Origin: Macrostomum lignano
Taxonomy: Eukaryota
NCBI GenBank assembly: GCA_002269645.1
Contig: NIVC01002634.1
Span: 5,149-69,148, forward strand
DNA length: 64,000 bases
Direction: 5' to 3'
Shown one piece after another: positions 11,640 through 26,532 of the stretch. The notes under the pieces are model-generated. The model ran no database searches. It was not told where the DNA came from and saw only the letters and a program-made list of their open reading frames with translations. The position numbers and the translations under genes were made by a program. The number at the start of each line of letters is the position of its first letter. Within the stretch, counting starts at the first letter, position 1.

Positions 11640-13080
11640 CGTTTTCACTCCCTTTCTGTTCTCCGTCATTCTCTTCCTGTTCTCTGTCACTCCCTTCCTG
11701 TTCTCTGTCACTCCCTTTCTGTTCTCCGTCATTCTCTTCCTGTTCTCTGTCACTCCCTTCCTGTTCTCTGTCTCTCCCTTCCTGTTCTCTGTCACTCCCT
11801 TCCTGTTCTCTGTCACTCTCTTTCTGTTCTCTGTCACTCCCTTCCTGTTCTGTCACTATTTCCTGTTCTCTGTCACTCCCTTCCTGTTCTCTGTCACTCT
11901 CTTTCTGTTCTCTGTCACTCCCTTTCCGTTCTCTGTCACTCTTTTTCTGTTCTCTGTCACTCTCTCCCTGTTCTCTGTCACTCCCTTCCTGTTCTCTGTC
12001 ACTACCTTCCTGTTCTCTGTCACTCCCTTTCTGTTCTCTGTCACTCCCTTCCTGTTCTCTGTCACTCTCTTCCTGTTCTCTGTCACTCTCTTCCTGTTCT
12101 CTGTCACTCCCTTCCTGTTCTCTGTCACTCCCTTCCTGTTCTCTGTCACTCCCTTTCTGTTCTCTGTCACTCCCTTCCTGTTCTCTGTCACTCCCTTCCT
12201 GTTCTCTGTCACTCCCTTCCTGTTCTCTGTCACTCCCTTCCTGTTCTCTGTCACTCCCTTCCTGTTCTCTGTCACTCCCTTCCTGTTCTCTGTCACTCCC
12301 TTTCTGTTCTCTGTCACTCCCTTCCTGTTCTCTGTCACTCCCTTCCTGTTCTCTGTCACTCCCTTCCTGTTCTCTGTCACTCCCTTCCTGTTCTCTGTCA
12401 CTCCCTTCCTGTTCTCTGTCACTCCCTTCCTGTTCTCTGTCACTCTCTTTCTGTTCTCTGTCACTCCCTTCCTGTTCTGTCACTACTTCCTGTTCTCTGT
12501 CACTCCCTTCCTGTTCTCTGTCACTCTCTTTCTGTTCTCTGTCACTCCCTTTCCGTTCTCTGTCACTCTTTTTCTGTTCTCTGTCACTCCCTTTCTGTTC
12601 TCTGTCACTCCCTTCCTGTTCTCTGTCACTCTCTTCCTGTTCTCTGTCACTCTCTTCCTGTTCTCTGTCACTCCCTTCCTGTTCTCTGTCACTCCCTTCC
12701 TGTTCTCTGTCACTCCTTCCTGTTCTCTGTCACTCCCTTCCTGTTCTCTGTCACTCCCTTCCTGCTCTCCGTCATTCTCTTCCTGTTCTCTGTCACTCCC
12801 TTCCTGTTCTCTGTCACTCCCTTCCTGTTCTCTGTCACTCTCTTCATGTGCTCTGTCATTCTCTTCCTGTTCTCTGTCGCTCCCTTCCTGTTCTCTGTCA
12901 CTCCCTTCCTGTTCTCACTCCCTTTCTGTTCTCTGTCACTCTCTTCCTGTTCGTTCTCTGTCACTCTTTTTCAGTTCTCTGTCACACTTCCTGTTCTCTG
13001 TCACTCTCTTCCTGTTCGTTCTCTGTCACTCTTTTTCAGTTCTCTGTCACACTTCCTGTTCTCTGTCACTCTCTTCCTGT
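11640..13080. repeat. 21-bp minisatellite (CTGTTCTCTGTCACTCCCTTC)n
   Basis: Period 21 (12181, 12202); also at 33300-34150. Confidence 0.96.
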
Positions 13081-16000
13081 TGAATGTTACTTTCTTCCTG
13101 TTTAAAGACGGCCTTGTTTTCTTTTTTAGAATGGATTAGAAAACAGAAAGAAAGTGACAGAGAACAGGAAGGGAGTGACAGAGAACAGAAAGGGAGTGAC
13201 AGAGAACAGGAAGGGAGTGACAGAGAACAGGAAGAGAATGACGGAGAACATGAAGAGCGTGACAGAGAACAGGGAGAGAGTGACAGAGAACAGAAAAAGA
13301 GTGACGGAGAACAGGAAGGGAGTGACAGAGAACAGGAAGAGAGTGACAGAGAACAGAAAGGGAGCGACAGAGAACAGGAAGAGAGTGACAGAGAACAGGA
13401 AGGGAGGGACAGAGAACGGAAAGGGAGTGACAGTGAACAGGAAGAGAGTGACAGAGAACAGGAAGGGAGTGACAGAGAACAGGGAGAGAGTGACAGAGAA
13501 CAGGAAGAGAGTGACAGAGAACAGAAAGGGAGCGACAGAGAACAGGAAGGGAGTGACAGAGAACAGGAAGAGAGTGACAGAGAACATGAAGGGAGTGACA
13601 GAGAACAGGAAGGGAGTGACAGAGAACAGGAAGGGAGTGACAGAGAACAGGAAGAGAATGACGGAGAATATGAAGAGAGTGACAGAGAACAGGGAGAGAG
13701 TGACAGAGAACAGAAAAAGAGTGACAGAGAACAGAAAGGGAGCGACAGAGAACAGGAAGGGAGTGACAGAGAACAGGAAGGGAGTGACAGAGAACAGGAA
13801 GAGAGTGACAGAGAACAGGAAGGGAGTGACAGAGAACAGAAAGGGAGTGAAAACGTGTGTCACATCTGTCGCTAAGCAGAGATTGTCACACATGTGTCAC
13901 AGTGGCAGCACTAATTTTCCTGTTTATTAACTAAGCAGACTTTTCAAAAGCAACAAAGTTGTTTTCTCTAACTAGCAGAGGTAGCCCAGCTGAGTGAGGC
14001 ATTGATGGAATAAAATGGGATTTTTTGTGCCTTGCATTTGTCTGCCGAAATCCTGATTACTTTTAACGAAAGAAAAATTGTTTGGCTCTCTGCACCTGCA
14101 CCTGAATAATTGCTGTTATGCTACTCCGCTTGGGATGCCTACACGATGGGGAGAAATCGTTGCTGCGCGTGGCGAAGGAAATAGCGACTGGTAGTTTTTG
14201 TGGAATTGTGCAACTGTGCTTCTGGTAGTTCTGAGGGGAATTGTGCAACTGTGCTTCTGGTAGTTCTGAAAGGAATTGTGCAGCTCTGCTTCTGATAGTT
14301 CTGAGGAGTATTGTACACCTCTGCTTCTGGTAGTTCTGAGGGGAATTGTGCAACTCTGCTTCTGGTAGTTCTGAGGGGAATTGTGCAACTCTGCTTCTGG
14401 TAGTTCTGAGAGGAATTGTGCAACTTTGCTTCTGGTAGTTCTGAGGGGAATTGTGCAACTCTGCTTCTGGTAGTTCTGAGAGGAATTGTGCAACTTTGCT
14501 TCTGGTAGTTCTGAGGGGAGTTGTGCAGCTGTGCTTTTGGTAGTTGTGAGGGGAATTGTGGAGCTGGGCTTCTGGTAGTTCTGAGGGGAATTGTGCAACT
14601 CTGCTTCTGGTAGTTCTGAAGAGTTCATTTGTCATTTTCTTCCTGTTCTCAGTCACACTTCCTGTTCTCTGTCACTCCCTTCCTGTTCTCTGTCACTTTT
14701 TCCTGTTCTCTGTCACTCTTTTCCTGTTCTCTGTCACTCTTTTCCTGTTCTCTGTCACTCTCTTCCTGTTCTCTGTCACTCCCTTCCTGTTCTCTGTCAC
14801 TTCCTTCCTGTTCTCTGTCACTCTCTTCTTGTTCTCTGTCACTCTTCCTGTTCTCTGTCACTTTTTCCTGTTCTCTGTCACTCTTTTCCTGTTCTCTGTC
14901 ACTCCCTTCCTGTTCTCTGTCACTCTCTTCCTGTTCTCTGTCACTCCCTTCCTGTTCTCTGTCACTCCCTTCCTGTTCTCACTCCCTTTTTTGTTCTCTG
15001 TCACTCTCTTCCTGTTCGTTCTCTGTCACTCTTTTTCAGTTCTCTGTCACACTTCCTGTTCTCTGTCACTCTCTTCCTGTTGAATGTTACTTTCTTCCTG
15101 TTTAAAGACGGCCTTGTTTTTTTTTAGAATGGATTAGAAAACAGAAAGGAAGTGACAGAGAACAGGAAGAGAGTGACAGAGAACAGAAAAAGAGTGACAG
15201 AGAACAGAAAGGGAGCGACAGAGAACAGGAAGAGAGTGACAGAGAACAGGAAGGGAGTGACAGAGAACAGGAAGGGAGTGACAGAGAACAAGAAGAGAGT
15301 GACAGAGAACAGGAAGGGAGTGACAGAGAACAGAAAGGGAGTGAAAACGTGTGTCACATCTGTCGCTAAGCAGAGATTGTCACACATGTGTCACAGTGGC
15401 AGCACTAATTTTCCTGTTTATTAACTAAGCAGACTTTTCAAAAGCAACAAAGTTGTTTTCTCTAACTAGCAGAGGTAGCCCAGCTGAGTGAGGCATTGAT
15501 GGAATAAAATGGGATTTTTTGTGCCTTGCATTTGTCTGCCGAAATCCTGATTACTTTTAACGAAAGAAAAATTGTTTGGCTCTCTGCACCTGCACCTGAA
15601 TAATTGCTGTTATGCTACTCCGCTTGGGATGCCTACACGATGGGGAGAAATCGTTGCTGCGCGTGGCGAAGGAAAATAGCGACTGGTAGTTTTTGTGGAA
15701 TTGTGCAACTCTGCTTCTGGTAGTTCTGAGGGGAATTGTGCAACTGTGCTTCTGGTAGTTCTGAAAGGAATTGTGCAGCTCTGCTTCTGATAGTTCTGAG
15801 GAGTATTGTACACCTCTGCTTCTGGTAGTTCTGAGGGGAATTGTGCAACTCTGCTTCTGGTAGTTCTGAGGGGAATTGTGCAACTCTGCTTCTGGTAGTT
15901 CTGAGAGGAATTGTGCAACTTTGCTTCTGGTAGTTCTGAGGGGAATTGTGCAACTCTGCTTCTGGTAGTTCTGAGAGGAATTGTGCAACTTTGCTTCTGT

Positions 16001-17851
16001 TAGTTCTGAGGGGAATTGTGCAACTTTGCTTCTGGTAGTTCTGAGAGGAATTGTGCAACTCTGCTTCTGGTAGTTCTGAGGGGAATTGTGGAGCTGGGCT
16101 TCTGGTAGTTCTGAGGGGAATTGTGCAACTCCGCTTCTGGTAGTTCTGAAGAGTTCATTCGTCATTCTCTTCCTGTTCTCAGTCACACTTCCTGTTCTCT
16201 GTCACTCCCTTCCTGTTCTCTGTCACTCCCTTCCTGTTCTCTTTCACTCCCTTCCTGTTCTCTGTCACTTTTTCCTGTTCTCTGTCACTCTTTTCCTGTT
16301 CTCTGTCACTCTCTTCCTGTTCTTTGTCACTCCCTTCCTGTTCTCTGTCACTCTCTTCTTGTTCTCTGTCGCTCTTTCTGTTCTCTGTCACTTTTTCCTG
16401 TTCTCTGTCACTCTTTTCCTGTTCTCTGTCACTCTCTTCATGTGCTCTGTCATTCTCTTCCTGTTCTCTGTCGCTCCCTTCCTGTTCTCTGTCACTCCCT
16501 TCCTGTTCTCACTCCCTTCCTGTTCTCTGTCACTCTCTGCCTGTTCGTTCTCTGTCACTCTTTTTCAGTTCTCTGTCACACTTCCTGTTCTCTGTCACTC
16601 TCTTCCTGTTGAATGTTACTTTCTTCCTGTTTAAAGACGGCCTTGTTTTCCTTTTTAGAATGGATTAGAAAACAGAAAGGAAGTGACAGAGAACAGGGAG
16701 AGAGTGACAGAGAACAGAAAAAGAGTGACAGAGAACAGAAAGGGAGCGACAGAGAACAGGAAGGGAGTGACAGAGAACAGGAAGGGAGTGACAGAGAACA
16801 GGAAGAGAGTGACAGAGAACAGGAAGAGAGTGACAGAGAACAGGAAGGGAGTGACAGAGAACAGAAAGGGAGTGAAAACGTGTGTCACATCTGTCGCTAA
16901 GCAGAGATTGTCACACATGTGTCACAGTGGCAGCACTAAATTTCCTGTTTATTAACTAAGCAGACTTTGCAAAAGCAACAAAGTTGTTTTCTCTAACTAG
17001 CAGAGGTAGCCCAGCTGAGTGAGGCATTGATGGAATAAAATGGGATTTTTTGTGCCTTGCATTTGTCTGCCGAAATCCTGATTACTTTTAACGAAAGAAA
17101 AATTGTTTGGCTCTCTGCACCTGCACCTGAATAATTGCTGTTATGCTACTCCGCTTGGGATGCCTACACGATGGGGAGAAATCGTTGCTGCGCGTGGTGA
17201 AGGAAAATAGCGACTGGTAGTTTTTGTGGAATTGTGCAACTCTGCTTCGCATGCAATGGCGGGTACAGCACGCCTGTGTAGCATGAGACAGACTAGGCCT
17301 ACGGGCTAAGGTCTGCGATCCTACACACCTGCACCCCCTCTATTCTGGTGCAGGAATGGCAGGAGAACTCTCTCCAAGCTGACTCGCAAGCCGACCCAGG
17401 GGTTCACGCCCCGCATGTGTTCAAGGCAGCTCTAGGGCTGCTGGACTGACTGGGCTCCGGCGGCGGCAACCCATCCGTGGCCTGTTGGCCAAGTTGGGTA
17501 CGGGCTCCGCCCGGAAGTGCACCTGTGCGTATCAGGTACCTCTGGCCACGGCTCTGAGGAACAGGTACCACCCTCTGACCTTAACAGGGTATGCGGCCAG
17601 CCCGCAGGCTCCGGAGGCAGTCCTCCTGCTTCCCTCAAGGACCCAGTGTAGTACCGTGCTGATGGTCCTTTGGTTCGGTCTCTGGTTTTTCCAAGCCGGG
17701 CTCTTAGCCGGGGAGTTTCTCGGTTGCTAGCGGTCGGGCCGGTACGGGCTTAAGCCACCCCCCGGTCGCTACCTCTTGGCCTGGTTGTTGGGTTTGGGGT
17801 TACGGCCCAGCGGCTTCTCACCTTTAGTCCCCACTCGCCTTTCAGCGACTC

Positions 17852-19314
17852 ATGGAGTATTCACTTACCTCCGACACGTCCGAGGCTGCTGGAGCACCAA
17901 CCGAGGTTGGCACCGCGGCCCAGCCGGACATTCGCAACACCGGAACCCCCGGTGCCTCTCAATCTGCCGCTGCCGCCGCTCAGGATAATACCGGAGTGGC
18001 TGGACAAGACAGCGGACCTCAGATTTCAAAAAAGAAGGCCCGTAGCATTGCTCGCTACAAAGCCTTTCTCCAGCGCAAAGCGGAGGAACGGAGGAATGCG
18101 AAAGCCGCCCCCCGGCCACCTCTGAGGAGGGTGCCGGTAACTCTGCGAACCCCGCGGAGGAGCCGACATCCGACAAGGGGGTGGACCCCGCGCGCCGGTC
18201 TGATGCGTCAGGTGCCGCCGAAGCTCCTGGTGCGGCTGGCCCCTCCCGTGACCGGACCTCTGCCCGTGTGGAAGCTCCCACGGCCGTGGAGGGATCCAAA
18301 GCGGGGGGCGCTGGCCAAACCACAAAGCCGAAGCGAACCTACGCGGCTATGGCCAAAAGGCAGCCGGCCCTGGTTATCCAAGGCCAGGAGACGCCTCTTA
18401 CGGCCGAACAGCTCGACCTTATCTGGCGCAGGTTGGACTCCCACCTGGTCAAGATGGCCTTGAGCGGCACTACCATTCGAGTCCAAAAGACGAAAGTCGA
18501 GGACCAAGCCCTCTATATCCAGCCCACCGACAGCCAGTCAGGACAGCAGCTCCTCGAGCTGCTGAAAACCTTCGACTGGGGCACGGAGCTGGAGAACCTG
18601 TTCATCTACAGGGAGGACGAGCGACCCCGGACACACCGGCACCGTGCCTGGATCCCGGCTCGCAGCTGCATCACCAAGGCCGACGAGCTGCGTCACCTGC
18701 TAGTGGCTTCCAACCCGGAGCTACCGGCCAACGGTGTCGTAGTTCACGAGACCATCTCCAAGCCAGGCGGAGACGGTTTCACGGCTATTCTTGGACTGTC
18801 GGATAGCTGGATGCTCCGCTACCCGGACATGTCCATCATCTCTGTCGGGCTGTTGCAGATTCAGCTCTTTAGCTTTGAGTCTGACGCCACCCGCCCACCG
18901 CCCCCGGAGAAGCGTAAGCGGGCAGTCGGGGGCTCTGCCGGGCGGAAACGCCCAGGAAAAGAAGCTCCCGGCCGTCACGACCCCTCCGAGGACGTGGACC
19001 CTATCAGAGGGAAAGCCGCGAAAGCTGCAGCAACAGGCGGACGTGGGAAGGGCCGGAAACCCGCCCGGAACACTATCCGCTCTGGTCTGACTCAGCGCGC
19101 GAAACAGCTGCTGGACACCGCCAAGGCCCCCAACCGCAGCCACCACCAGCCCAGTGTCACCACTGCGGCCCCCCGGAAAACCGGGCCGAGAGCGAGAATG
19201 CCGCCCAGGTAGCGACCCGCCCTCGACCATGGAATCCATCCGGGAGGAGCCCATGGAGCTGGAGCCTGGAGCTATCGGCGAGGCAGAAGAGGCAGCTCTC
19301 CTGCACAACTCGCC

Positions 19315-19318
<4 letters not shown>
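17852..19318 (+). pseudogene. ORF1 of family-1 element, apparently with two frameshifts
   Basis: Pieces 17852-about 18115, 18181-19212 and the C-terminal MESIREEPME...LLHNSP* (19229-19318) align with family-3 ORF1 (41820-43328). Confidence 0.7.
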
Positions 19319-23062
<3,744 letters not shown>

Positions 23063-23639
23063 CTGCCCGTGGTCGCCAGGGGTTAGCGAAATGGGCGGCA
23101 ACGCCTCCTCGCTGTTTCCGGACGCACGGAGCCCCCTGCAGCTAAGTCAAGTAAGTCAAGTAAGCAACTCTGCTTCTGGTAGTTCTGAGGGGAATTGTGC
23201 AACTGTGCTTCTGGTAGTTCTGAAAGGAATTGTGCAGCTCTGCTTCTGATAGTTCTGAGGAGTATTGTACACCTCTGCTTCTGGTAGTTCTGAGGGGAAT
23301 TGTGCAACTCTGCTTCTGGTAGTTCTGAGGGGAATTGTGCAACTCTGCTTCTGGTAGTTCTGAGAGGAATTGTGCAACTTTGCTTCTGGTAGTTCTGAGG
23401 GGAATTGTGCAACTCTGCTTCTGGTAGTTCTGAGAGGAATTGTGCAACTTTGCTTCTGTTAGTTCTGAGGGGAATTGTGCAACTCTGCTTCTGGTAGTTC
23501 TGAGAGGAACTGAGCAACTCTGCTTCTGGTAGTTCTGAGGGGAATTGTGGAGCTGGGCTTCTGGTAGTTCTGAGGGGAATTGTGCAACTCTGCTTCTGGT
23601 AGTTCTGAAGAGTTCATTCGTCATTCTCTTCCTGTTCTC

Positions 23640-26532
23640 TTGACCTACTTTGACTTAGCTGCAGGGGGCGTCCGGCGGATGCAGCGGGGAGGCGGAGGAG
23701 ACCGCCCATTCCGCTAGCCCCTGGCGACCAATGACTTCCGATGAAGTGAAGTCGCTCAGGGGGACCCGTCGGTCTCGCCTGCAGCGCGGTCCTCCTCACC
23801 GACGGTGGGGAAGAAATCAGCTCGTCCGGTGTCCCTGAGGTACCGGGCGAGCAGCGGGATGCTCTCGGGCCTGCAAACGTCGGAGAGAACCGGGTTTGGC
23901 CCGAGGTGAGTAAGCCTGGCCCTGGTGAAAACCGGGCAGTGGCAGATAAAATGCTCGGCGTTTTCACTGCCTGAGCGGCAGAAGGGGCACCGCTCCTCGG
24001 GTACTTGGCCCTGAAGGAAACGGTGGCGAGAGAAGCAGCCATGCCCGGAGAGGGCCATGCTAACTGCTCTGAGGTCTCTGCGGTTGAGCCTGAGGAGGGC
24101 TCTACGCAGGAGAGGGGAGGGGCAGGGGACGGCCGCCCGGGATTGCCTACAGTTCCGGGTGTCGTGCCACCTGCGGAGATGCTCGGAGTCAGCCCAGCGC
24201 TTAACGCGGGAGTTGATCACCGAGGCGGGGATGGGGGCTCCCGGGCCCGGCCCCAGCAGCGCGCCGGCGAAGCCAGCCTTGGCCAGCAGGTCGGCGCGCT
24301 CGTTGCCGAGGAAGCCGGCGTGGCCCGGGATCCATCTGAGCTCCACCTGGTTGCCTAGCGCAAGCCCGTTGAGCTGGGTGTTGCAGTCCAGGACGGACCT
24401 GGAGCTGGTGGTGCAGCGGCAGAGGGCCCGAAGGGCTGCTTGGCTGTCAGAGTGAAAAATAAGCTTCCGACCGCTAAGCTGCCTTCGGCGCAGTTCTGCC
24501 GCGCAGGAGCTGATGGCAAGCACCTCTCTCTGAAAAACACTGGAGTTGAGCCCCGTGTGCTGGGAGTAGCTCCACGCCACTTCTCCCTTGAAGAAGACGC
24601 ACGCTCCGAAGCCTGAAAGACCATGCTTCATAGAGCCGTCAGTGTAACAGTGGACTTCAGAATCGCTCCAGCTGTCACTCGCCTCATGTCGAGGCTGAAT
24701 AGTGACCTTATACCTTTGGCTCAGGAGAAGGGTGGCTGGGATCGAGTCCGAGAGGATGTTGAGCCCGCCACATTCTTCTAGAGCCTTGAGGCAGAGGTCA
24801 GAGTGCGGGATAAGCGACCGCTTCTTAAAGGCCCGCACTTTCTTGAAGGCCACCCCAGCATCCAGAAGACGCCGGGTGCTCTTCGCCGCCTCTCCTTTGA
24901 TATAAATATCCAGAGGAGGGGTGCAGAGGAAGGCATTCATGCCTTCAAAAGGAGTAGAGGGTGGAGCGCCCATAGTCATGCGGCAGGCTCTGCCCTGGAT
25001 TTTGTAGAGAGCGTCGAGGTTACTCTTGACGCCCAGACCGCTAGCCCACACGAGGCTGGCGTAACTGATCGAGGGGCGGATGATTGCAGTGTAAATCCAC
25101 CACAGCTTCCTGGGGGTGAGCCCCCAGGTGGTGCCCACGGCGCGCCTGATCTGAGCCAGGACAGCCAGGGCTTTTTTGGCTTTAGTTTGAATGTGCGGAG
25201 TCCAGTTGAGCCTGTGGTCCAGAGTGAGGCCCAGGCAGCGGACCTGCTTCTCCATGGAAATGTTCTTTCCATAGAGGGTGAGGGGCTTAATGGTCCAGAG
25301 CAGTTTGTTGGTAAACATGACCGCTGTGGTTTTCGACTCTGAGAGTCTAAGACCACATTGGTTTGCCCAACGCTCCGCTCGTCCCAGAAAGCCCTGCAGA
25401 AGATCTCTGATGGTGTCAACCGAGGGGCCCGCGCAGATCGCGGTCACGTCATCGGCATAGCCCACCTTGAGAATGGGGTCGTGGAGATCACTGCAAAGCA
25501 GCTCATCCATGACCATGTTCCAGAGAACGGGGGTGAGAACTCCGCCCTGGGGGCCCCCTTTTTGGACAGGCGCCGAAAGAGAGCTGCCGTTCAGGTGGGC
25601 CACAACAGTGCGGTTCCGGATCATGAACATGATCCACCGGACAAGGTGAGGGTGCGTGGCCCTGGATTCCAGGGCTCTGCAAAAGGCCTCGAAGATGACG
25701 TTGTCGAAGGCCCCCTCAATGTCCAGAAAAAGCGAGAGGGCAAAGCCGCTGCCAAGAACGGCCCTCTCCAGGAAGTCAACAATGACATGGAGGGCACTCT
25801 CGGTAGACCTGCCCGCGCGGAAGGCGTGCTGGTTCTGCGAGAGTGGGAAGCGCTTCAGCTCGACTGAAAGTAGGCGCCAGAGCACCAGTCTCTCGAGGAG
25901 CTTGAGGCAGAAAGAAGTGAGGCTGATAGGCCTGAAGGCCTTCACCGATTGGTAGTCGCTCTTTCCAGGCTTGGGGATAAAGACCACCCGGGCCTCTCTC
26001 CACGCAACTGGTACATAGCCCAGTTCCACACAAGCTCGGAGGAGACGACAGAGGAGGTCCAGAAAGCGGTGGTTTTTCGCCGCCTCGTGCAAGAACGCTG
26101 GGTAGATGCCGTCGGGCCCAGGCGCCTTGAACGGGTTAAAGGACCTTGCCGCTCTAATAATGCGGTCTTTGGTGATTATAGACTTTGCTAGGCCTTGCCC
26201 TCCCACTGTGTGGTCAGGCGGGCCCTGCTGAGTCGGAGATTTAGGGAAGAAACTGTTGAGCATTAGCTCCAGAGTCTCTTCAGAGCTCCCTGTGACCGAG
26301 CCGTCAGGTCTCTTTACAACAGAGAGTTTAGAAAAACGGTCATTTGTGAGTGCCTTAACCACGCGGGCTACGGGGCGAGAGCCCTCAAGCCCTTCGCAGT
26401 ATTGGCGCCACTTGGCCGTCTTGGCCCTTCTGACTTGGCCCTTAAACTCGTGGATCGCACGGGTATAGGCCTCTCTGTCAGATGGGTCTTTGGTTTTGAG
26501 CGCTCGCCTTTGGAGGGTCCTGGCTCGGCGCC
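23640..26532 (-). mobile_element. 5'-truncated LOA-like element, family 2, with an uninterrupted RT-RNase H frame
   Basis: 12-bp TSD CTTCCTGTTCTC at 23628-23639 and 26533-26544; same 3' terminus CCCCTGCAGCTAAGTCAA; inserted in the 21-bp satellite. Confidence 0.92.
23756..26362 (-). CDS. RT-RNase H-CCHC portion of family-2 ORF2 (frame appears open up to the truncation near 26530)
   Basis: 868-aa ORF with PQGGVLTP, YADD, YTDGS, WIPGHAG; upstream codons read EFKGQVRRAKTAKWRQYCEG without a stop. Confidence 0.9.
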   Translation of the reverse strand: MVKALTNDRFSKLSVVKRPDGSVTGSSEETLELMLNSFFPKSPTQQGPPDHTVGGQGLAKSIITKDRIIRAARSFNPFKAPGPDGIYPAFLHEAAKNHRFLDLLCRLLRACVELGYVPVAWREARVVFIPKPGKSDYQSVKAFRPISLTSFCLKLLERLVLWRLLSVELKRFPLSQNQHAFRAGRSTESALHVIVDFLERAVLGSGFALSLFLDIEGAFDNVIFEAFCRALESRATHPHLVRWIMFMIRNRTVVAHLNGSSLSAPVQKGGPQGGVLTPVLWNMVMDELLCSDLHDPILKVGYADDVTAICAGPSVDTIRDLLQGFLGRAERWANQCGLRLSESKTTAVMFTNKLLWTIKPLTLYGKNISMEKQVRCLGLTLDHRLNWTPHIQTKAKKALAVLAQIRRAVGTTWGLTPRKLWWIYTAIIRPSISYASLVWASGLGVKSNLDALYKIQGRACRMTMGAPPSTPFEGMNAFLCTPPLDIYIKGEAAKSTRRLLDAGVAFKKVRAFKKRSLIPHSDLCLKALEECGGLNILSDSIPATLLLSQRYKVTIQPRHEASDSWSDSEVHCYTDGSMKHGLSGFGACVFFKGEVAWSYSQHTGLNSSVFQREVLAISSCAAELRRRQLSGRKLIFHSDSQAALRALCRCTTSSRSVLDCNTQLNGLALGNQVELRWIPGHAGFLGNERADLLAKAGFAGALLGPGPGAPIPASVINSRVKRWADSEHLRRWHDTRNCRQSRAAVPCPSPLLRRALLRLNRRDLRAVSMALSGHGCFSRHRFLQGQVPEERCPFCRSGSENAEHFICHCPVFTRARLTHLGPNPVLSDVCRPESIPLLARYLRDTGRADFFPTVGEEDRAAGETDGSP

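Noticed and set aside
13976-13983. let-7 seed match CTACCTC on the lin-28 strand
   Set aside because: It lies in repeated module X upstream or intronic, not in the 3' UTR
11-16955. Many long ORFs such as (FSVSGVA)n, (VCLS)n, (TENRKGV)n, (SELPEAELHN)n and the 347-aa ORF at 2435-3478
   Set aside because: They are translations of stop-free minisatellites, open in several frames and on both strands, lying in introns or arrays
17281-17320. SECIS-like core (AUGA...GA quartet) in the LOA 5' hairpin
   Set aside because: Located in a 5' UTR, helix II is short and there is no apical AAR; treated as a tandem GA motif only
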